The notes beneath the pieces were generated by a model. The model saw nothing but the letters and a program-made list of their open reading frames with translations, had not been told where the DNA came from and did not search any database. The translations under genes were made by a program, and so were the position numbers. A stretch of 64,000 nucleotides of DNA from Octopus bimaculoides (taxonomy: Eukaryota): positions 10,060,746 to 10,124,745 of the forward strand of contig NC_069000.1 of the NCBI RefSeq assembly GCF_001194135.2. The letters are read 5' to 3'. Positions 53,761 to 64,000 of the stretch are shown here, one piece after another; the stretch's first letter is position 1, and each line of letters opens with the position of its first letter.

Positions 53761-53868
53761 TTCAGGAAAGCAGACTATCGTCTGGGAAAGGGCAAAGGAA
53801 CCAGAAGCCATTTGCTATTTATGGATGACCTCAGGTTCTATTGTAAGATAGAGAAACAAATAAAGATG
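53761..53868 (+). pseudogene. Non-LTR retrotransposon reverse-transcriptase fragment (R4/Dong-like catalytic region)
   Basis: Translates FRKADYRLGKGKGTRSHLLFMDDLRFYCKIEKQIKM*; HLLFMDDL is the F/YxDD catalytic motif in the form typical of R4/Dong-type elements. Confidence 0.82.
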
Positions 53869-56800
53869 TGAATTAAGTCACAATAGTCAGCGAGAAAATC
53901 GCAGAAATAAAGGGAACTGAAATACTTTAGCACTGGTTGCTAATTTGCAAGAAATAGCAGCCAGATCTTCCAAAAAACAAAATGAGATGAGATGGTCAGT
54001 TCACACAAGGTATGGGTCAGTCCAAGGCTATTAGAAGACATTTGCTCAGTGGAACCTGAAACCACCATATGATTACAAAGTGAGTCTCATAACCATGTGA
54101 CCTAAATTTTGATGTATTTTCCCAAGGGGAGATAATCATAACTTTCGCGATTCCACAAAGTGATATGACAAAAAAGATGTCGGGAAGCTTTGTGTATTCA
54201 GCTTATCTGATTCCCAAATCCTATCTTTTAGCCAATTGGGTCTTACTTTTGTCAAAACCACCATCAACGTTACTGCCACCACTGCCACCACCACCACCTG
54301 TACTTTCACCAGTGTTTTTATTTATTAGCATTGCCATCAGCTCTGACGCTACTACCAACTCCATTAGTTGCACTAAACATTATCGTCAGCAATGTCATCA
54401 CCATCATTATTGGTGATGCTGCCACCACCACCATCACATCCACCCCAAATATTCTCAGCACCAACATTACCATGACGACGACCACAACCACCACCACCAC
54501 CACCACCACTATTAGCATCTCCCATCGTAACTTCTATCACTTTAATCATCAACACCAGCATCATCACCACAACAAATACCATTCCAGCAGCAGCTGCCAC
54601 CACCACCACCACCACCACCACTATTAGCATCTCCCATCGTAACTTCTATCACTTTAATCATCNNNNNNNNNNCATTACCATGACGACGACCACAACCACC
54701 ACCACCACCACCACCACCACTGTGTAACTTGTCAGTTTTTATTTTTCCCCCTTTTCAGCCTCCAAACCTTTAAAAGACAAAGTGGTTGGCAATTTCAATT
54801 TCAAGGGTTTGCTTCAAGAACCCTTACAGAATGTTTTAAGCATCAATTAATTCCAGTGCTGGTATCATGACACGGCATAAGAGATTTTGGATAGCCATGG
54901 AGCCCGTTATCAAAAAAACAAATTTGTCATGTAGGTTGGAGAAGAAGAACCGTTTCACCTCCTCCCCTCCCGTCACTGCCTCTGCCAATGCCTCAACCAT
55001 ACCTATTTGTTGTGAAATGTGAACAAGCTTAATGAAAAGAAAGTCTGCTTTTCACAAGTACTTTAACTACACCCACTCCACAAACCAATCAAGTTTTGTA
55101 TTGGATTCGAGTTTTAGAAGAAGACGAACGTAATCCATGTTGTTGTCCTTTTTCTACTCTTTCTTTTCCTCCCCCAGCCCCTTTCTGTCTATCCCTCCCT
55201 CTCTTTCTCTCTCACTGTTTTATTCTGCTTCTCTCTCGTAAGGAAAGGAAAAAAAAAAAGAACTTTTGAAGCACTTTGTTCACTTTGGTAGAAAGAAGTA
55301 TGTAAATTTGTAGAAAGCAGAAAAGCAAGAGGTGAGAAGAGATAAAATGCATAACAGCCACATAAGATACCACACACAAATAAACATGTGTATAGCTGTG
55401 TTATTGAATTGGATGTTGGGTTCTGCTTGAGCCACAATCTTAGCAGCGGTGATGATGATGATAGTTATGTGACCACTTAAAAGAGAAAGGCCTCCTGCCT
55501 ACATAACAAAGACGTTGCAAAATACAATACAGTGGCACCAAAAACCAAATTCTGAGAGATGACTAACTATTAGAAATTGCAAAAAGGAGACAAGTCAGAC
55601 CACCTATGGCATGGGCTAACTATAAGGCCTTTCACAACTGGTATCTATTTCAGTGATCTCAACAGGATGAAAAGCAAAGTCAATCTCAGTGGAATTTGAA
55701 CTCGAAACTTAAAGACAGACCAAATGCCACTAAGCATTGTGCCTGGTGTTCCAAAAGATTTGGCCATCTCACTGCCTAAGCATCAACTTAATAATAACAA
55801 AATTATTTTTCATTAAATTACTTATCACTTCCCAAATTATTTCAAACAAAGACAGCATCTTTCAACAGAAATATGGTCACATAAAGGGTTAAGAGTAAAT
55901 GTGAAAAATATGAAATTTGTTTCTTACTTTCACAATAAGATTAAGGCTAAATGCAATATTTTCTTTATAATGTTTGCAACTCAACAGAATTAAAACTAAG
56001 TATTGTTTTTGAAATGCAACTTTCTATGTCTTTTCTGTTTTTAAAAACTGTATTTTTGCACAAATAAACAAAAGTAAATGTAAAAATGGATGTAAAGCCA
56101 TGAGGCTCTCAATTTTTATTTTCTTTCAGGTCTGCTCAAAAGCAGTTCTTTTTTTTTGGCTTTTGTCTTTAATATATAAACATATTTACTATTTAATCTT
56201 ACCGATTACTAAAAAGAAATAAAATCTAAACTTAATTATGTCTATTCATTTTTTAATGTTTACAATAAAATTAAGAGCTAAACATATTTTTTTTTAAATG
56301 TTAACAATAGAATTAAATTCATTTCAATTTATTTTACAAGACACACAGAGAATGGGGAGATGAGAATATTTTCTTACTCTTTGTGTTAAGAGAAACACAA
56401 ATATGTGATGTGTTTATAACAGATGACACTGAAAGTGCAATTTAAACAATATATTTCTAATTGTATTTTATTTCTTAAGTGTGTCATCTTGATTGGTTCA
56501 TGTACCTATGAATTAACTTTATAATAGCTTGAAATAAATAAGTACTTGTAATGTTCACTTTCAGGAAGGCAAAGTAAGATTTCATCACATTATAATTATC
56601 ATTTAATATCTGTTCCATACATCCATCGGTTGAACAATTCGACAGGGCCAGACTAGCCCAAGGGCTGTGTTAGTTTCCATAGTCAGCTTAGGCAAGATTT
56701 CTACACCTGTATGTAGAATGAGCATTTGGTGGACATGTAGTTGGCAAAAGATGATGCTGGGAGTGCAGGTTGGGTGTCTTTTCTGGTTCCTTTTTTACAG

Positions 56801-57405
56801 TGACTCAGCACTTTGTAAGCAGATTGTTTGTAACAAAGAATCCCAATATGAAACATAAGGAAGCCATCTACCAAAGATTGACAAAAGAAACAACTTGTAG
56901 GGACCATATAGATCATGAAGAAGCTTCTAAATGGTTGCTCAGCATGTTGGAAATAAATGGTTGTGAATGAACACCCTTAATCATATACCTGACCTGGGGC
57001 AAAATAACAATAAGGCCAGCTTGCAAGACACAAGCCTTGCATGCCATTGCTTATACAACCCGACTCCCAGGGTGGTATGCAGCCCTCAAGCATCCTTTCA
57101 GCAAGCCCTGATGGCCTTCCCTCTGTAAATATAATCTTTTTCTTTAATCGGCTCATGTTTTATTCTTTATGGTGTAGCCCCTTAAAAAAAACCCTAAATT
57201 TTGGATCTGGTCTGGATTTTAAGAAGGTGGAAAACCACTGTTCAATGCAGCAGTTAAAACTGCTAGTAATAGCAACCAAATCTCCCTAAACTTAAAAAAA
57301 AAATGACGATACTGGATCGAAGACATTCCAACCATGACTGTCCCTTCTTTTTAGGGATATTTAAGACTACATTATCCAATGTGTACCTTTTTTATGTCAA
57401 AAACG

Positions 57406-57457
<52 letters not shown>

Positions 57458-58380
57458 GTGATTTTAGGGATATTTTGCTATTATTTCTAGCATATCAAAT
57501 CACATCATAGTAGCTCTCTTGTTGGTTTGTAATCAAAGTTGGTGAAGCTTTCATTGTGCTCTGATTACATTCTGAAAGTCTTTCAACACCCATTAGACAA
57601 CTGGGGACACTGTATGCATTCATGTCACCTGATCTGAAAGGTTGCATCACTCCTTCAACGTAGGAAATAGTTATTGATTGGAGAATAGAAGAATGGGTGT
57701 TTCTGTTGTTACTAACTACATTTATATATATAATTCTAAATGTAGAATAAGACTGGGTTTTTTTTTTTTTTTTTTTTTCCCCCTTCCTTGATACCTGAGT
57801 GGTCCTGACTTGAGTACAATTCAGGTGATGCCAAATATAGTCAGGTAAGTTTATCAAATTTCTTTGCTAGCTTCTTAAAACATTTGATAACTTGACACAG
57901 ATGATAACACTCACTCATAATGCCATTCATACATTTCAACAAATATGGAAAAAAAAGCATTCTTTATTCTTTTATATGATTCAGCCCTAAGGCTGTGGCC
58001 ATGCTAGAGCACCACCAGCATAGCCACAGCCTTAGGGCTAAAACATATTCAAGTTTTAAAAAGAATACATACACCCACACTCCGACTCCTTGCCCCTTAA
58101 GAGGCCCAATTACAGTTCAGTGATGACCATGCTGGAATTAAGGCACACTCCAGCTTCTGGCTCACAGGTATACTGTCTTCTTTCTTGTAGTTTGATTTCT
58201 TAAGGTAGAGTGGGTGGGACACAACTCTTCTATCATTCAGTCTTCTCTAAAACTTCCTACATCCTGTTCCTTGGATCTTATACACACACACACACACACA
58301 CGAAAGAATACAGCCCAGATGTAACCAAAGATCCAAACTTTCAATGACATGGAGGTACATAGTGGTAGACGAAACAGATT

Positions 58381-58693
58381 ATTTAATAATTACTTTAAGC
58401 TATTGATTTAAAAAACATTGTCACTCTTTAACCTGATTGTATAACTGGCCACCATCAATCAATGGATTTTATTTAATATTGACTTTAAGCTATTGATCTT
58501 GCGAGACATCATTTCTATGTACCTGAATGTGTTTCCCAGTACCATCAATCAATAGACCTATTTAATATTGATTTTAAAGAATTGATCGGACAAGACATTA
58601 TTGCTATTTACCTAAATGTGTACCTGGGTACCATCAATCAGTAGATCTATTTAATATTGATTTTAAGGTATTGATCTTACAAGATATTGTCAC
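58381..58693. repeat. Degenerate 89-90-bp tandem repeat, ~3.5 units
   Basis: ATTTAATA(T/A)T anchors at 58381, 58471, 58560 and 58649; ACCATCAATCA recurs in phase. Confidence 0.88.
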
Positions 58694-60868
58694 AGCTTGC
58701 AAGAGGACAAAAATGAGGTTGGGTATTGCCTCTTTATGTTGGATGGGGGTTAAGGTATAAGGGGAGAGGTTGGAGTAGGGCAGGTCCTTGTTGTAGAGGA
58801 GCTACATGGCTGCTCACTATTTAGAGAGAGAGGGAGAAGGAATTAGAGGTGTCTCCAAGGAGATACCTAGTGGTGATGATGTGTCCAGGTGGGTGGGGGC
58901 TTGTAAGAAGTGTATGGGGAAGAAAGAGATAGGGGGGTGTGGAACAGGGCTGAAGATTATGACAGGTTGAAGGAAATGGGGTACACAAGTTGGGGACACT
59001 AGAAGAATACTACCAGCAGGGTAGTAAGGATGACACATTTGGCAGGGAGAGAAGAGATATGACATGCAAGAGCAGGGGAGAGAGATAGAGAGGCAATAGG
59101 GTATGAGGAGAGATAATTTGGTGGTCTAGGAAGGAGGTGAGGTGGGGNNNNNNNNNNNNNNNNNNNNNNNNNNNNNNNNNNNNNNNNNNNNNNNNNNNNN
59201 NNNNNNNNNNNNNNNNNNNNNNNNNNNNNNNNNNNNNNNNNNNNNNNNNNNNNNNNNNNNNNNNNNNNNNNNNNNNNNNNNNNNNNNNNNNNNNNNNNNN
59301 NNNNNNNNNNNNNNNNNNNNNNNNNNNNNNNNNNNNNNNNNNNNNNNNNNNNNNNNNNNNNNNNNNNNNNNNNNNNNNNNNNNNNNNNNNNNNNNNNNNN
59401 NNNNNNNNNNNNNNNNNNNNNNNNNNNNNNNNNNNNNNNNNNNNNNNNNNNNNNNNNNNNNNNNNNNNNNNNNNNNNNNNNNNNNNNNNNNNNNNNNNNN
59501 NNNNNNNNNNNNNNNNNNNNNNNNNNNNNNNNNNNNNNNNNNNNNNNNNNNNNNNNNNNNNNNNNNNNNNNNNNNNNNNNNNNNNNNNNNNNNNNNNNNN
59601 NNNNNNNNNNNNNNNNNNNNNNNNNNNNNNNNNNNNNNNNNNNNNNNNNNNNNNNNNNNNNNNNNNNNNNNNNNNNNNNNNNNNNNNNNNNNNNNNNNNN
59701 NNNNNNNNNNNNNNNNNNNNNNNNNNNNNNNNNNNNNNNNNNNNNNNNNNNNNNNNNNNNNNNNNNNNNNNNNNNNNNNNNNNNNNNNNNNNNNNNNNNN
59801 NNNNNNNNNNNNNNNNNNNNNNNNNNNNNNNNNNNNNNNNNNNNNNNNNNNNNNNNNNNNNNNNNNNNNNNNNNNNNNNNNNNNNNNNNNNNNNNNNNNN
59901 NNNNNNNNNNNNNNNNNNNNNNNNNNNNNNNNNNNNNNNNNNNNNNNNNNNNNNNNNNNNNNNNNNNNNACCTGAATTTAAGTACCTAATTCAACTGAAT
60001 CTAAATTACATTTTAGATATGCGTGTAGAGAGAGAGAGAGAGAGAGAGAAAAGAGGAAGAGAGAGAGAGAGAAAAGAGGAAGAGAGAGCAAGAAACAACT
60101 GTATTTGTTGCATTAAACAGGAGTGAATTGTGTGTGAGGTGAGGTGCTCTGCTTGAAGAAATTTACCAAACTTGTTTGGAATAATGCAATATTGTGTAAC
60201 ACTTGAAAATGTTTTTATGCACACAGCCAGGAAGAACGCTGAAACCGGGCAGGTGAATGATCACCTGCTAACTGTGATGAAGATGAACAAAGTGTGATCG
60301 AAAGGCATTCATTAGGTGAAACTCACAAGTGCAACTCGTTGCTTGGAACAGGCGATTTTATTAACTACTTACAGCTTGGAATTTAGTTGTGTTACTTCGA
60401 AAACATCGTAAGCGCACAAGATTCTGGATTTAAGTGCCTCTACAGATGTGTATCTAAATATTTCAAGTATACACCTCGTCGCATATATATATGGCTGACA
60501 ACTATTCACATACGTACACGGATGCACACAGACACACGTGCACGTATGCAAACACAGAATGATTAAGCTGATTGCACTTTCTCTAAACACTTCATATGCA
60601 ATCAATGCATATTCATGGTAGACATATGAAAACACACAAACACACACAATGCATCTCGGTATGTATTTCTAAATACTACACACTCACTATATACAATATG
60701 TACAATAATATCAGCTAATGAGGAAGGAATAAGGGGGGAGGGGGATCTGCTCTGACACATTCAATCGCCCCATGTGAGCAAGGAAAAGTAGATGTTAAAT
60801 GAAGATGATAATGATGAGGACGACGCCAATGTCTGCCCATGTCATTTGCAAATATACACATTTGAGAA

Positions 60869-61288
60869 GGCGTCGAGCTGGTGGAAATGTTAGCACACCG
60901 GCCGAAATGCTTAGAGGTATTTTGTCTTGTCTTTATGTTCTGAGTTCAAATTCCGCCGAGGTCGACTTCGCCTTTCATCCTTTCGGGGTTGATGATTTAA
61001 GTACCAGTTGCGTACTGGAGTCGATCTATTTGACTGACCCCACTCTCCCCAAAATTTCAGGCCTTGAGCCTAGAGTAGAAAAGACCATTTTAAGGCGGTG
61101 AGCTGGCAGAAATGTTAGCACAGAAATGCTTAGCAGTACTTTGTCTGTGTCTACGTTCTGAGTTCAAATTCCACCGAGGCCGACTTTGCTTTTCATCCTT
61201 TCGGGGTCAATGAATTAAGTACCAGTTGTGTACTGAGGTTGATCTAATTGACTGGCCCCCCCCCCTCCCAAAAATTTCGGGCCTTGAG
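60869..61288 (+). mobile_element. Head-to-tail dimer of family B SINEs
   Basis: Copy 1 at 60869-61088; copy 2 starts at 61094 and runs into a gap. Confidence 0.9.
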
Positions 61289-61635
61289 NNNNNNNNNNNN
61301 NNNNNNNNNNNNNNNNNNNNNNNNNNNNNNNNNNNNNNNNNNNNNNNNNNNNNNNNNNNNNNNNNNNNNNNNNNNNNNNNNNNNNNNNNNNNNNNNNNNN
61401 NNNNNNNNNNNNNNNNNNNNNNNNNNNNNNNNNNNNNNNNNNNNNNNNNNNNNNNNNNNNNNNNNNNNNNNNNNNNNNNNNNNNNNNNNNNNNNNNNNNN
61501 NNNNNNNNNNNNNNNNNNNNNNNNNNNNNNNNNNNNNNNNNNNNNNNNNNNNNGAGAGAGTGTGTGAGTGGGAAGTGAGATGGACGGAAGAGAGAGAGAG
61601 AGAGAGAGAAAGAACGTGGGTAGGATGTGAGATAA

Positions 61636-61668
<33 letters not shown>

Positions 61669-62303
61669 CACACATATATATATGGAGAGAGAGAGGTGGG
61701 AGCAATAATTCATTTTGACTACAAGCTAGTTCCATCTCCACTTTGGCATTCTGCTGGTAAATATGTTGAGAGCTAAATTGATTCTATGAAGATTTTTCAA
61801 GTTGACCATACTTTAAAGAACATAAACCCCGTTTAGAAATTGGAACAAGTAGACTTCAGTTGAAAGTATTGCTATTTATAGAAATCATTCGATTTCTAAC
61901 AATAAACCAGCTTACACAAAATTCATTCTGCTCTGTGCTCAATATTTAAATCCTATCATTTTCAATCATTCCTATTTCTTACCGATTCCTGTCACACATG
62001 ACTCTGTAGTCTTGCAGCAAGAAGTGAAGACACTATCAGAGACACCAACTGATGGACGTAAGAAAGATCCGTGAAGAAAAGGGGAGAAAGTGAGATTGAG
62101 TGTTGATTACTTTATTTCATGGGCCAATCAGCAAAACGGTCAAAGGTCAATTTTAAAAGTAACAGCATAAAAAAAAACCAAAAAAACAGGGAAGGGGAGA
62201 GGACTCTATGGTTGTTTGGTCTGCTAGATATAGCAGCTAAATCTCCCTCATATTACAGCCCTCTTATACACACACACACACATATAATGTTGAAGGTCCA
62301 TTC

Positions 62304-62723
62304 GTGGACGTGTGGATAAGAAGTTCGCTTCTCAACCACATGGTATCTGCTTCAGTCCCATTGTGTGTATGTGTGTGTCAATTTAGGCAAGTCTCTTCTA
62401 AAACTGCTCTAAGAAGACCGTAGTCTTGCGAGTAGATTGGATAGATGGAAATAGGAAAGAAGCCATTGTGTGTGTGTGTGTATGTGTGTCCATGTCTTGA
62501 TGTAGTGCAATAATTGTAAATGAGAGTCATTATTACACATGCAGTGTCATTCATTTCCAATATTCTGCAAAAACATGTCTGGCCTTGAGGAAATATTACC
62601 CTGCTTTGAAACAGGTGAGGGTTGGCAAGAGGAAAGGCATCCAGCTGTAGAAAATCTGGTTCAATAAACTCCATCTGACCCAGGCAAACACAGGAAAGTA
62701 CACGTTAAATCAATGATGATGAT
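62304..62723 (+). mobile_element. Chimeric SINE: family A head/CORE joined to a family D (RTE-like) tail
   Basis: A-type head and TTAGGCAAGTCTCTTC core, then AGGAAAGGCATCCAGCTGTAGAAA...ACGTTAAATCAATGATGATGAT. Confidence 0.7.
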
Positions 62724-63537
62724 TCCGAAATGTAAAGGATTCGGTCCCATTTGAACCCATGACATGTACTATGGCTGTCACCTATTGATCTAAGATATGG
62801 TATAACATCAGTAGCTTTCATAATTATTGATTTCCAGTCACTAGCATAACACAAAGTTACACATCTTTAAGAATTGGAAAGGTCGAGGGGAAGAATATAT
62901 AGTCCTTTAGATCGATCAGCTATATTACATGGCTAGGGCTTGATTTTAATGCCCCCCCCCCACCCAGCACCATCTACCCATAAAAGGATGAAAGGAAAAG
63001 CTGACCCTGGTGTGACATGGGATCTAAACAGTGAAGCGGGGCCTTACACAAAACATTAATCTTTTGATTCATCTTCTGGCATGAAATGAATGAATGAAGA
63101 CAGAGGGAAAAAGTGATGCCCTTCAATCTTTTTAGGGGCCAGACAACCTCATTTGTGTTTGTGGATAACTGAACAGTGATAACGGACAACACATAGTACA
63201 AGGAACTGTTTAGCTTTGCCTGGGCAGGGGGTGGGTGGCAGTGAAAACCACCACCCCCTCTAGTGATAATGTCACAATAGAGTGCACTCCCCTTACTACC
63301 AATGTGTTTTGTAAAGAGGTGGTCAACAGGAAGAACGTCCAGTGATGGAAACCATGAATAAAATCTAATGAATGAGCAAGACGGGGTTTCCTGATTCATG
63401 TAGGAGGCCATTGTCTCTAAATGCAATATGACTCAGACTGTTATGACCTGTCCAACCATGCCAGTATGGAAAAGTGGATATGAAGTGATGATGGTCGTGG
63501 TGATGATGATGATGATGATGATAGTAACAGTGATAAC

Positions 63538-63570
<33 letters not shown>

Positions 63571-64000
63571 AAGGCAATTCTTAAAACTAATGTTACATTG
63601 TCTCTGACACACATTTTTACTCTACATGTCTGTAATTGCATGACACCGTTAATTAGCTTTATTATTCTCTTTCCTTAATCTTCCTGTTCTTAAAAAGGTT
63701 TCCCCTCCACACCACTCAGACACACAAAAATAAATAAATAAATAAATAAATATTCCAAGCATGGTGTTGGTTTCATGCTAACACAAGTATCACTACAAAA
63801 TTCTCAAGAGTTAATAGTCTGTAAGTACTAAAAGCCATATCTGACTGACAAGAATTCTTTAGAAATAAGCAAAAAGCCCAAGAATTTGAAGTGCTAATAT
63901 GTCACCAGCATACCCTCCACAATCCTGCCATTATTCTAAGAATACCATTCTTACACACAGTCCAAGATGATAGCTAAGCATAATCATACCATAACCCCCC

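Noticed and set aside
54505-54720. Exact duplicated blocks on both sides of a 10-N gap
   Set aside because: Probably overlapping contig ends (assembly artefact) within a CAC/CAT repeat.
56700-56970. 66-codon ORF faintly resembling an RTE C-terminus
   Set aside because: No diagnostic motif could be aligned confidently.

Overview
AT-rich, microsatellite-dense eukaryotic DNA from a gapped draft assembly (11 large N runs). The repeat complement (tRNA-headed SINEs, RTE-like tails ending in (GAT)n, TA/CA arrays) looks like an octopod cephalopod genome; this is recalled, not searched. One spliced protein-coding gene can be reconstructed on the minus strand from four phase-compatible GT-AG exons: 34320-34211, 25009-24959, 7369-7256 and 5915-3611. 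It encodes the C-terminal end of an FHA domain (TCF19-like) followed by about 820 aa of mostly disordered sequence with SIM-like, SUMO-site and NLS motifs. Its 5' exons and 3' end could not be placed. Most of the rest is intronic or intergenic DNA with about five SINE-like families (labelled A-E here, plus an unclassified repeat G), piggyBac-, hAT- and mariner-type MITEs, short mariner transposase and R4/Dong-type RT relics, degenerate minisatellites and simple repeats. No CRISPR, rRNA or intact tRNA genes were seen, and I found no convincing new multi-gene system. The most unusual signals are recurrent fold-back hairpins made from retroposon tails (including a perfect 26-bp stem near a symmetric exon), a retroposon with an internal 65-bp array of small stem-loops, and a degenerate minimal hammerhead-like motif.
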